A DNA stretch of 64,000 bases from Parcubacteria group bacterium Athens0714_12 (GCA_007378955.1 VMGY01000003.1:26264-90263); one strand, 5' to 3'; numbered from the stretch's first letter, positions 1-9,436 are shown. The notes: generated from the letters alone by a model not told the origin. Made by a program: numbers and translations.

Positions 1-1
1 G

Positions 2-289
2 GGAACCAATGACGAGAGAAAAATAGAAGTTACGAAGCCGATTATTTCCAATATTAAAAAACCTGGTCCGGCTCGTTATCTTGAAAGTGAAACTTTAAAG
101 CCGGGAGAAATAAAAATGATTGAAAGAGCTCATGACGGCGCTGACGCGGAATTCACCAGAACTGTTATTTATTCCGCTCCGGAAAAAGAAAAACTTGAAG
201 AAACTTGGACCAGCCGCTACAAGCCATGGCAAGCTGTTTATTTAATTCCCAAAACCTCCACCACCTCGGAAAAAATCATCAAAGAATAA
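2..289 (+). CDS. C-terminal part of a VanW/G5-like protein (5' truncated by window)
   Basis: Open frame 2 from the window edge, GTNDERKIEVTKP...ERAHDGADAEFTRTV...WTSRYKPWQAVYL, stop TAA 287-289; resembles C-termini of VanW-family proteins. Confidence 0.6.
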   Translation, partial: GTNDERKIEVTKPIISNIKKPGPARYLESETLKPGEIKMIERAHDGADAEFTRTVIYSAPEKEKLEETWTSRYKPWQAVYLIPKTSTTSEKIIKE

Positions 290-302
290 AAAAGACCGGA
301 TT

Positions 303-515
303 TTATTTTTTCCGATCTCTTAAATGTATGCTAAAAGTGATTGAAGTGGCATTGGCCTCGGAATTAAACATTTCTTTATCAAGTGTTATTTGAGTTATAA
401 AAAAATCTTCAATCCCTAAAACCGCGGTTTTGATTAATATTTTTTTATCTTTGTCATTTTCCGCGATCACGTTGATTTTCCAAACTTTTGAATTGAATTT
501 TACCTTTACCTTCAT
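303..515 (-). CDS. small hypothetical protein (70 aa)
   Basis: AAGGAGG SD directly upstream of ATG; own sigma70-like promoter at 696-724. Confidence 0.6.
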   Translation of the reverse strand: MKVKVKFNSKVWKINVIAENDKDKKILIKTAVLGIEDFFITQITLDKEMFNSEANATSITFSIHLRDRKK

Positions 516-550
516 TCCCCCTCCTTTTTTAAATTTTTAAAGTTTTTATC

Positions 551-665
551 CCATTCAAAAGTCTGCAGACAAGAAGATTATCTGAAGTAGCAACCGAGTT
601 AAAAACCCAGTAAATGCCCTTCTTGAGAATCCCCATGCTTTTCGTGCCTGCAGGCTTTAAAATGG
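551..665 (-). ncRNA. candidate structured 5' leader RNA
   Basis: 21-nt closing stem (551-571 with 645-665) with G-U pairs on the minus strand, plus internal hairpins; lies between promoter and ORF 303-515. Confidence 0.4.
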
Positions 666-695
666 AATTTTCAGCGTATTTTAACGACAAGAAAC

Positions 696-724
696 ATACT
701 AACACATTTTATTCGGCTTGTCAA
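696..724 (-). promoter_or_regulatory. sigma70-type promoter
   Basis: TTGACA-17 nt-TAGTAT with TGn extension. Confidence 0.6.
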
Positions 725-2085
725 TGACGACAAATAAATCAAAAATTTTTCTCTATTTTTGCTTAAGTTTCATTTTAGGAGTCGCCTTGCGCTCTTTTTT
801 TGATATTTCTTTTTTTCAAAGTTACATTTTATTTTTAACCAGTTTAGTAATCGCTATTTTGTCGCCCAAAACGCGCTGGCTGGCAATGGGAGGATTTTTT
901 TTATTTTTAGGAATTTTAATATATAACTTAAATTTGCCCGAATTATCCAAAAATAAAATTTCTTTTTATAATAATCAAAATCAAAATATTTCTTTTCAGG
1001 GAATAATCGCCAAAGAGCCGGAAATAGAAATTGATAAGCAAAATTTAACCATTGAAAGCGAGGCGGCTTTCATTAATCAAAGATGGCAAAAAATATCCGG
1101 TCGCGTTTTGATTGGCGTAAAGCTTTACCCCCGATATAGTTATGGCGACCGGATAGAAATCAAATGCGGCTTAAAGTCGCCGGAAAAAATTGAAAATTTT
1201 GATTATGCCGCTTATTTATCGCCGCAAAAAATTTATTCGCTCTGCTATTATCCAAAAATTAAAATCTTATCCGATAATCAGGGAAACGCCTTTTTGGCCA
1301 AGATCTTAAAAATCAAAAACAAGCTTCAATCAATCATTAATTATTCTTTGCCGGAGCCGCACGCTTCCCTCTTTTCGGCTATATTTTTGGGCAATCGCTC
1401 TGCTTTGCCGCAAGAATTATTGGAAAAATTCAAAAGAGCGGGCATCAGCCACATCATTGCCATTTCCGGCCTGCATGTTGCTATTATCGGCTTGATTTTA
1501 TCTAACTTATTTTTATTATTTTGCCTTCCCAAAAAATACGCTTTTTATTTGTCATCTGTTTCTCTTTTTTTATTTGTCGTTTTAACCGGCGCCAGAAGCA
1601 GCGTCATCAGAGCGGGCATTATGGGCTTTTTAATTTTATTGGCGGAAAAAGAAGGCAGATTAAAAAATTCCCTTAACGCTCTTGTTTTCACCGCCGCTTT
1701 AATGATTCTTTTTAATCCTTTTTTATTAAAGAACGACATTGGCTTCCAATTATCTTTTTTGGCGGTTTTAGGAATAATTTATTTTTATCCTTTTTTTGAT
1801 AATCTGAAATTTCTCCAAAAATTGCCTGATTTTTTAAAAAGCATTTTTTCCGTCACTCTTTCCGCTCAATTGGCGACTCTGCCTTTGATTATTTATTATT
1901 TTCATTATTACTCGATTATCGCGCCCTTAACCAATCTTTTAATTTTGCCCGCTCTGCCTTTGATGATGGCTTTGGGATTTTTATTTATTTTTATCGGGCT
2001 ATTCTATCCGCCTTTGGCAAAATTTCTTTTTGTTTTTGTTTATTTAATTCTGGATTATATTATAAAAATAACAGGGATTATCTAA
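724..2085 (+). CDS. comEC: ComEC/Rec2 competence protein, membrane/competence domain
   Basis: GISHIIAISGLHV motif, SSVIRAGIM, GFQLSFLAVLG, many TM segments; ATG at 724. Confidence 0.92.
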   Translation: MTTNKSKIFLYFCLSFILGVALRSFFDISFFQSYILFLTSLVIAILSPKTRWLAMGGFFLFLGILIYNLNLPELSKNKISFYNNQNQNISFQGIIAKEPEIEIDKQNLTIESEAAFINQRWQKISGRVLIGVKLYPRYSYGDRIEIKCGLKSPEKIENFDYAAYLSPQKIYSLCYYPKIKILSDNQGNAFLAKILKIKNKLQSIINYSLPEPHASLFSAIFLGNRSALPQELLEKFKRAGISHIIAISGLHVAIIGLILSNLFLLFCLPKKYAFYLSSVSLFLFVVLTGARSSVIRAGIMGFLILLAEKEGRLKNSLNALVFTAALMILFNPFLLKNDIGFQLSFLAVLGIIYFYPFFDNLKFLQKLPDFLKSIFSVTLSAQLATLPLIIYYFHYYSIIAPLTNLLILPALPLMMALGFLFIFIGLFYPPLAKFLFVFVYLILDYIIKITGII

Positions 2086-2088
2086 TTT

Positions 2089-2934
2089 ATGCTTAAAAAA
2101 ATCATTGTCCTTGTTTTATTAATCATTGCTTTATCAGGCCCGACTGTTTGGCAAAATGAATTTGATAAAAATTTAAAAGTAATTTTTTTAAATGTCGGCC
2201 AAGGCGACGCTATTTTAATCAAGACTCCCGACAAAAAACATATTTTAATTGACGGCGGCCCGGATAACAAAGTCATTTACGGCTTAGGAAAAAATATCCC
2301 TTTTTACCGGCAAAAAATAGATTTAATGATTTTGACTCACTCCGACCTTGACCATCTTACCGGCTTAATAGAAGTCTTAAAAAGATATCAAGTGAAATCA
2401 ATTTTATACAACGGCTTGGAAGACGACAGCCCTGAATTTCAGGAATGGCTGAAAATAATCAAAGAAAAAAATATTCCTTTACAAATTACCCAAGCGGGCG
2501 ATGAAATGAAATCCGGCGAAGATTTAATTTTAAAAACAATTTATCCATTTGAAACGCCGGCTGAAAATCCGGAAAATAACAACAATACTTCGGTTGTCAA
2601 TAAATTGATTTATAAAAATATCTCTTTTCTTTTTACCGGCGATTTGGAAAGCGAAGCAGAGGAAAAATTATTAAGCCAAAATATTGATTTAAAAAGCGAT
2701 ATTTTAAAAGTAGGCCATCATGGAGCAAAAAAATCAACCGGTAAAAATTTCTTGAGAAAAGTTAAGCCGGAATATGCTGTCATCAGTGTCGGGAAAAACA
2801 ACTTCGGCCATCCAAGCCTTAGAGTTTTGAAAAATTTACAAGAAGCGGGCGCGGCAATTTTAAGGACTGATTCGCAAGGCGAAATAAAAATATCCACTGA
2901 CGGAGAAAAAATAGAAATTTTTACTTCCCTCTGA
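2089..2934 (+). CDS. ComEC-associated metallo-beta-lactamase-fold protein
   Basis: NVGQGDA, THSDLDH, FTGD and KVGHHG motifs; 3 nt after comEC. Confidence 0.9.
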   Translation: MLKKIIVLVLLIIALSGPTVWQNEFDKNLKVIFLNVGQGDAILIKTPDKKHILIDGGPDNKVIYGLGKNIPFYRQKIDLMILTHSDLDHLTGLIEVLKRYQVKSILYNGLEDDSPEFQEWLKIIKEKNIPLQITQAGDEMKSGEDLILKTIYPFETPAENPENNNNTSVVNKLIYKNISFLFTGDLESEAEEKLLSQNIDLKSDILKVGHHGAKKSTGKNFLRKVKPEYAVISVGKNNFGHPSLRVLKNLQEAGAAILRTDSQGEIKISTDGEKIEIFTSL

Positions 2935-2981
2935 ATTAAAATCTTATAAAAAAATGTAGGCGACTTATTTTTTATCAACAA

Positions 2982-3013
2982 AAAAAAGAACACTCCTTTA
3001 AGAATGTTCTTTT
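2982..3013. terminator. bidirectional intrinsic terminator between the MBL gene and 5S rRNA
   Basis: AAAAGAACA...TGTTCTTTT inverted repeat with A/T tracts between convergent genes. Confidence 0.5.
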
Positions 3014-3020
3014 ATCAATT

Positions 3021-3137
3021 CCTGGCATTGGCCTACTTTCCCACACCCACAATGGGGTAAGTATCATCGGCGCTGAGATGCTTAACTGCCGTGTTCGGAA
3101 TGGGAACGGGTGTTGCCATCTCGCTAGAAACACCAGA
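3021..3137 (-). rRNA. rrf: 5S rRNA
   Basis: Reverse complement contains CCCGTTCCCATTCCGAACACGG..GTTAAG and GATGATAC; downstream of 23S. Confidence 0.95.
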
Positions 3138-3522
3138 AAAATTTATAAATGGTTTTTCCCGCTTAAATTTTTGAGTTAAAAAATATTTTAAAAGCCCAAA
3201 AATTTAAGCGGGAAAAATTGTATTCCAATAATTCTTGCGGTTAAAATGAGTTATTAGTACGGCTCAGCTCAATCCATTGCTGGACTTACACTTGCCGCCT
3301 ATCAAACCTCTAATCTAGAGGACTCTATGAAATCTAATCTTGGGTTAGGCTTCGCACTTAGATGCTTTCAGCGCTTATCCAAACCGAACTTAGCTACCCA
3401 GCGATGCCCTTGGCAGGACAACTGGTACACTAGAGGTTCGTCCTTCCCGATCCTCTCGTACAAGGGAAGAATCCCCTCAAATTTCGACGTCTACGGCAGA
3501 TAGGAGACCGAACTGTCTCACG

Positions 3523-4259
3523 CATATTATTCCATTATTACTAATGGTATAGACTATATCTTCGCCCTTCTTTAATAGATAAAGTTAGGGTGAGCGGCGT
3601 ATGATAACAGTTTTAAATTAATTTTCTGCTATCTCATCTTAAAAAATTTTAAGAATCAGTCGTTACGGGGAAATAATTTATGTTCTTCTAAAAATTTTTT
3701 CACGACTTTGGTAGTATTAATTCTCTTCTTTGAATAATTCAATTCTCCGAATTTGTCTACCAATAAACTAGCTTTTAAAAATTTTTTAATATTAAATTTA
3801 CCTTTTAAAACCTTGTTTATTTTTAAAGCTAATTTTATGTGCTCTTTTTTTAGCCTAACATAAGGCGCTAATAATCCCAAAATTTCTATAACGGGTTTAA
3901 TTCCTACTATGGTATATTCCGTCATCATATCTTTTCTATCTCTGATATATCCGTACTTTAGAATACTTTTTAACCATAGAAGATGATTATGGCGATCAAT
4001 TTTCTGATAAAAAACTATACTGGCTCTTATTTGATAGCCATAAATATAATCTTTCCGTCTTACTAATTGAAACATTATACAACCATCACCATCTAAAAAA
4101 CCCGAAATATAAGATTTAACTTCTTTTGAAATTACAAACGACATAAAATATTTCTTCCCTCGGTATAGCCCTTACAAATCAGTTCTAAAGTTGTAAGGAT
4201 TCCACCGATATAGCCACTTTTATTATACCGCGTTTCCGCGGTAAGACGCAATGTAATTT
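3523..4259 (-). mobile_element. group I intron at the 23S position equivalent to E. coli 2593
   Basis: Exons rejoin to GTTCAGAACGT|CGTGAGACAGTTC; 5' exon ends in U, intron ends in G; GATATAGTC core element. Confidence 0.92.
3656..4144 (-). CDS. single-motif LAGLIDADG homing endonuclease (I-CreI-like)
   Basis: YISGFLDGDGCI motif; inside the L2593 intron, the site class used by I-CreI. Confidence 0.9.
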   Translation of the reverse strand: MSFVISKEVKSYISGFLDGDGCIMFQLVRRKDYIYGYQIRASIVFYQKIDRHNHLLWLKSILKYGYIRDRKDMMTEYTIVGIKPVIEILGLLAPYVRLKKEHIKLALKINKVLKGKFNIKKFLKASLLVDKFGELNYSKKRINTTKVVKKFLEEHKLFPRND

Positions 4260-4323
4260 ACGTTCTGAACCCAGCTCGCGTATCGCTTTAATTGGCGAAC
4301 AGCCAAACCATTGGGAGCTTCTT

Positions 4324-4367
<44 letters not shown>

Positions 4368-4939
4368 TCGTCGATATGAACTCTTGGAGGAGATCAGCCT
4401 GTTATCCCCGGAGTAGCTTTTATCCGTTGAGCTTCCGCGCTCCTATGAGCAGCGGTCGGATCACTAAGTTCTGCTTTCGCACCTGCGCGGCTTGTAGGCC
4501 TTGCAGTCAAGCTGGCTTTTGCCTTTACGCGTCCAGCGCGGTTTCCATCCGCGCTAAGCCAACCTTTGTAAACTTCTCCGTTACCATTTAGGAGAAATCC
4601 GCCCCAGACAAACTACCTACCAGATACTGTCCCCGGACCGGTACCTGAATTCTTATTTTTAAATAAAAATCCAAATATCGGTCTAGGGTTAGAATTAAAA
4701 ATACACAAGGGTGGTATCTCACTGGCGGCTGCCTTGCGGCAACCTCCCACCTATTCTGAACATGAATATCCCTAATCCAATATCAAGCTATAGTAAAGCT
4801 TCACGGGGTCTTTTCGTCTAGCCGTAGATAAAGAGCATCTTCACTCCTCTTGCAATTTCACCGAGTCTCTCGTCAAGACAGTTCTCATGTTGTTATGCCA
4901 TTCGTGCAGGTCGTAACTCACACGACAAGGGATTTCGCT

Positions 4940-5645
4940 CATTTTTGTTATCCTTTTAATAAAGGAGTGTAGGCATTTCTGCTACACACTGTATGTCGCC
5001 ATACAGATCGGACTATATCTTCCCGCCTCATTGGCAGGTTTGGCGTATAGTCTCTGGGGATACTAAAGCTTTCTTACCTTTTTACGATTCATCATGCTAA
5101 TTAAATTGGCAATTTTCTTAAAACCAGAATTTTCTAGGTGTTTTCCTTTTCTCATTAATCTTACTACTTGAACAAAAATCTTAAAATCTTTTTTCTTAGC
5201 CGTTTTCAAAAGATTTTTCTCAAAGAATGGAATAATTTTTTCTTCCAATTCTTTTAAATTTCTCACGCAATAACGATAAATGTTTTCTTTGTGATTATCC
5301 CATCTTCTATTAATTGTTATCGTTCCGCAATTGAAAAATTCTTTCATAAGATTTAAAACTGAAAAACTTTTTTTCCCTTGTGTTACCACAAATTCCGGGA
5401 AAACTTGCCAACCGTTTTTGGTTGTCGGATTTCTAAAAATACTAACCGTGAAACAGCCTTCTCCATCAGTAAATCCTACAACCCAATTAGCGAACTTTAG
5501 TCTTTCCTGCTGATTGTCTGCACTAGATGATTTTTCACTTGGCATAATTAAACTTTATAATATATGGTTTAATTATACCATAGTACCACTAGATACTCCA
5601 GACTTTCCAGCATATAGCCAAATTTTACTAAGGCTAGCAAAACTA
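4940..5645 (-). mobile_element. group I intron at the 23S position equivalent to E. coli 1931
   Basis: Exon junction CCTATGGT|AGCGAAAT; terminal G; AATCAGCAGG and GATATAGTCC core elements. Confidence 0.9.
5063..5545 (-). CDS. single-motif LAGLIDADG homing endonuclease
   Basis: WVVGFTDGEGCF motif; N-terminus SADNQQER overlaps the ribozyme core sequence. Confidence 0.9.
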   Translation of the reverse strand: MPSEKSSSADNQQERLKFANWVVGFTDGEGCFTVSIFRNPTTKNGWQVFPEFVVTQGKKSFSVLNLMKEFFNCGTITINRRWDNHKENIYRYCVRNLKELEEKIIPFFEKNLLKTAKKKDFKIFVQVVRLMRKGKHLENSGFKKIANLISMMNRKKVRKL

Positions 5646-5659
5646 ACCATAGGACGATT

Positions 5660-5945
5660 CATTTGTGTTAGCTCATGGTCGCCCATGAGATCGGACTATA
5701 TCATATCACCATCTCTGATGATTTCGGCGTATAGTCTCTGAGGATCCTCTTAATTTAAATTTTATTCAATCCATTCCCTGTCAGTAAAACTAGAAAGAAA
5801 ATAACCAAAATAAAATGGAATATTTTTAATAAGAGTTTCCTGCTGATTGTCCCCACTGGACATTTTTTTACTCATTAATTTTGAGTAATGCCAGATACAC
5901 GGGATATTCCAGCATACAGCCGAATTTTATAACTACAATTGTCTC
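5660..5945 (-). mobile_element. ORF-less group I intron at the 23S position equivalent to E. coli 1917
   Basis: Exon junction GATAACTAT|AATCGTCC; 286 nt; terminal G; same core motifs as the L1931 intron. Confidence 0.88.
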
Positions 5946-6198
5946 ATAGTTATCGCCGGCGTTCATCAGCGCTTAAGTTCAAAGCTTTGCCCTGTAAACA
6001 GGGCTAACCTCTCCCCTTAACGTTCTGACACTGGCCAGGCATCAGCCCCTATACTTCAGCTTTCGCTTTTGCAGGGACCTAAGTTTTTGGTAAACAGTCA
6101 CATGAGATCTTTTACTGCGGGTCGCACAAGGCGACCAATGCTTATTCCGAAGTTACGCACGTTGTATTGCCGAGTTCCTTAACGAGAGTTCTCTCGTA

Positions 6199-6236
<38 letters not shown>

Positions 6237-7401
6237 ACGGTACGGATTTGCCAAACCTAACTCTTCAAAAATTTTCTGGGAAAGTTGCTCATTTGTATCG
6301 CCTTGATAAATCAAAACTTTTCGCCCTTCATTGGGAAAACCCTCAAAGGACAAATGTAAATCCAATAATACACACAAATTACAAACCTTCGTCTTTCTGA
6401 AAAAAATTTGGCAAAGGGTAGGAATATTAACCTACTGTCCATCGTCTACGCCATTCGGCCTCGACTTAGGACCGCCTAACCCTGGGATAATAATTATTGC
6501 CCAGGAAACCTTAGGTTTTCGGTGGTCTGGATTCTCACCAGACTTTTTGCTACTCATACCAACATTCTCTCTTCCATAACCTCCACCGACTCTCGCGGGT
6601 CGGCTTCAATGATTATGGAATGCTCCCCTACCAACCACTGCTACGCAGTGGTTTTACATCTTCGGTATCAAACTTGAGCCCCGGTAAATTTTCGGCGCAA
6701 CGCGACTTGACCAGTGAGCTGTTACGCTTTCTTTGAAAGATGGCTGCTTCTAAGCCAACTTCCTGGTTGTCATAGTTGAATCACTGCCTTTAACACTTAG
6801 TTTGAATTTTGGGACCTTAGATGGTAATCTGGGCTGTTTCCCTTTTGACTAATGGAGCTTAGCCCCCATAGTCTGACTCCAGTCGTATAATGTTGCCGGA
6901 ATTCGGAGTTTGGTTGAATTAAGTAGGCAAAGCCATCTTAACTCATTCAGTGCTCTACCTCCGGACATCACGACCAGGCTAGCCCTAAAGCTATTTCGGG
7001 GAGAACCAGCTATCACGAGGTTCGATTGGAATTTCACCCCTAACCACAACTCATCCCAAAGTATTGCACGACTTACGGGTTCGGGCCTCCCCCCGATTTT
7101 CATCGGGGTTCACCCTGGCCATGGCTAGCTCACCTCGCTTCGGGTCAAATATGTATTACCTTACATTAAATTAGTGAATTAATTATTATTTATAATCAAC
7201 TCACTAATTATAATGTACGCGCGCTATTAACACTTGGTTTCCCTTCGACTCCACTGTTTTAAGCAGTTTAGTCAAGCAACACACATAAACTCGTTGGTTC
7301 ATTCTTCAATAGGCACGCCGTCACCCCGACTTAACGTCAGGGCTCCGACTCCTTGTAAGCATATGGTTTCAGATTCTATTTCATCGCCCTCACCGGGCTA
7401 T

Positions 7402-7437
<36 letters not shown>

Positions 7438-7795
7438 ATGGCCAAAAGTATTTAGCCTTAGGTCATAGTCGACCTGGTTTCAAATAGGATTTCACGTGTC
7501 CTATTTTACTTGAGAAAAATTACTAGAAGCACAAAACACTTTTCATTTACAGGACTTTCACCTTCTATGGTTCCGCTTTCCAACGGATTCAATTAAGTAA
7601 GTTTTGATTAATATTTACTTCCTCCGGTTTTCCTAGTCCCGGAACATAATCCTCTCGCAACATCCTATAAAACATTTTAGCCTAGGAGCCTTACCTTTTA
7701 CTTCAAGTTCCGCCCGAAGGCAGACTTTCCATAAAAGTTAGGTTTTATAAGATTTAGGCTGTTCCCCGTTCGCTCGCCACTACTAGGGGAATGCA

Positions 7796-8134
7796 AGTAA
7801 CTAAACATTGGTAACTGATTTTGAGGGGGGAGATTTCTCCCCCTCGAATTTTTATAAAAAACGGGAAAATTTTATTTCTGTTCCTTCGCCGATGCTAAAA
7901 ATTTTATTAGCATCGCCATTTATAGAACCGCAAAAAGAGACATAAGCGTATTTCTGTTGTTTTTTCTCTTCCACTTTTATTATTTTCGCTCTTATTTTCT
8001 CTTTTTTATTTCTTATCTTTAAAAAAATTTTCATACTGCGATTCGATAAATCTTTTACTTTTATCATTAAGCCCTCCTTTTTTCGTTTTATAAAAATAAT
8101 TAATCCTCAAAATCAGCTACCAAAATTAGTTACT
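7796..8134 (-). other. intervening sequence (stem-loop insertion) in 23S domain I, near helix 12
   Basis: Interrupts GAGGAAAAGAAA...ATTCCCC; nested IRs 7796-7804/8126-8134 and 7808-7826/8105-8123. Confidence 0.8.
7852..8067 (-). CDS. small basic hypothetical protein encoded in the 23S insertion
   Basis: AAAGGAGG SD upstream of ATG; sits in the loop of the insertion, same sense as the rRNA. Confidence 0.6.
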   Translation of the reverse strand: MIKVKDLSNRSMKIFLKIRNKKEKIRAKIIKVEEKKQQKYAYVSFCGSINGDANKIFSIGEGTEIKFSRFL

Positions 8135-8506
8135 ATTATTTTTTTTCTTTTCCTCCGCTTACTGAGATGTTTCACTTCAGCGGGTTTGCTTCGTCAACCT
8201 ATGAATTCAGTTAACGATACTTTGGTTTTAAATCAAAGTGGGTTTCCCCATTCGGAAATCCCCGGGTCAAAGGTTGCTTGCCACCTTACCGAGGCTTATC
8301 GCAGGCTGCTACGTCCTTCATCGCCTTTTGGTCTCAAGGCATCCACCATATGCATTAAAATAACCGCAAGAATTATTGAAATACAATAATTCTTTAAACT
8401 TATATAATGCTCTTTATATTTTTTTGATATGCTTTTTAATTGTCAATGTTCTTTCCTTAACTTCCAGAGATAAGAATATATCCTTATCTTTGAAAACTAT
8501 GGTATT

Positions 8507-8527
8507 AAAAAAACCGCTTTTAAGCGG
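8507..8527 (-). terminator. intrinsic terminator in the 23S leader
   Basis: CCGCTTAAAAGCGG hairpin followed by T7 on the minus strand. Confidence 0.6.
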
Positions 8528-8556
8528 CTCTGGACACTACCTAAAATATCCTTAAT

Positions 8557-8595
8557 TTAACCGCTTAGGATTGAAAGTTGTATTAACTGTCGCAT
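8557..8595 (-). CDS. putative leader peptide MRQLIQLSILSG
   Basis: 12-codon ORF between the 23S promoter and terminator; its last codons are complementary to the terminator 5' arm. Confidence 0.45.
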   Translation of the reverse strand: MRQLIQLSILSG

Positions 8596-8638
8596 AATTA
8601 TTTCTATCTTTAAATAATTAATTTAATTAATGCTTCTT

Positions 8639-8750
8639 ATTATATCAATATCTTTCTCTCTTTTCAATACTCGAAAATGTGAAAGATATGTGGATAACTA
8701 AGGATTATTTTTAGTTAGTTATATTATAAACCTTTAAAAATCTTTGTCAA
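8639..8750 (-). promoter_or_regulatory. tandem sigma70 promoters for 23S-5S with a DnaA box between them
   Basis: TTGAAA-17-TATAAT (8667-8639), TTGACA-16-TATAAT (8750-8723), TGTGGATAA at 8689-8697. Confidence 0.65.
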
Positions 8751-8792
8751 TAGTCAATTTGAAATTATTAGTTATAAGTTATGTGTTGAGTC

Positions 8793-8879
8793 TGGTGCCG
8801 CGGGAGGGACTTGAACCCTCAAGACCTTGCGGTCACAAGATTTTAAGTCTTGCGTGTATACCAATTCCACCACCGCGGC
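8793..8879 (-). tRNA. tRNA-Leu(TAA)
   Basis: Cloverleaf, anticodon loop CTTAAAA, long variable arm, CCA encoded. Confidence 0.93.
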
Positions 8880-8921
8880 ATGAAACAACCGACAACTAAC
8901 AACTGATAACTAAAATAAATT

Positions 8922-8995
8922 TGGAGCGGGTAAGGGGAGTCGAACCCCTTTCACCGGCTTGGAAAGCCGAGGTAATACCGGTATACGATACCCGC
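8922..8995 (-). tRNA. tRNA-Gly(TCC)
   Basis: GCGGGTA acceptor stem, anticodon TCC, TTCGAC T-loop, CCA. Confidence 0.93.
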
Positions 8996-9019
8996 CTAAA
9001 AATAAAAATTATTTCTCGC

Positions 9020-9227
9020 TCAATCTAAACGTTCTTCAGTTCCCGCGTCAATCCATTGCCCTTGATAAATAAAAGCTGATAATTTTCTTTGTTTAACAAT
9101 TTCAGAAAAAATATCTTTTTCAATAGAAAATTTATCTTTATTAATATTTTTAAAAAATTTCGGCGAAAGACTATAAAAAACCTACCTTGATAAATCCTTT
9201 TTCTCCGGCTAAAATAATTACTTTCAT
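9020..9227 (-). pseudogene. NDP-sugar nucleotidyltransferase remnant
   Basis: MKVIILAGEKG start fused to ...YSLSPKFF..FSIEKDIF..QGQWIDAGTEERL; large internal deletion, frameshift in a poly-T run, early stop. Confidence 0.6.
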
Positions 9228-9306
9228 CCCGTTAGAAATTAAATATTTAAAAATATATGTACTCCTATTAGGAATTTATTATAAAAATGGAATTTCTAAG
9301 GGGATT
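9225..9306. mobile_element. MITE-like element (CCCGTTAGAAAT family)
   Basis: TIRs ATCCCGTTAGAAATT / AATTTCTAAGGGGAT; same family as 48682-48763. Confidence 0.6.
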
Positions 9307-9352
9307 CATAAAAAACTTTTAATTCGCCTTCGCTACGCTACGGCGAAATAAA

Positions 9353-9424
9353 TCGGGGTACAGGGATTCGAACCCAGACTAAATCCTCCCAAAGGACTTG
9401 TGCTAGCCATTACACTATACCCCG
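9353..9424 (-). tRNA. tRNA-Pro(TGG)
   Basis: CGGGGTA/TACCCCG acceptor stem with A discriminator; anticodon stem AGTCC/GGATT, loop TTTGGGA; no CCA. Confidence 0.85.
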
Positions 9425-9436
9425 TTGCTTATTAAA

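Noticed and set aside
724-2934. Split comEC as a frameshift pseudogene
   Set aside because: Both parts are intact, and the second has its own ATG and N-terminal hydrophobic anchor
9353-9424. Reading this tRNA as Gln(TTG)
   Set aside because: Stem register gives loop TTTGGGA (anticodon TGG), and C1-G72/A73 fit Pro
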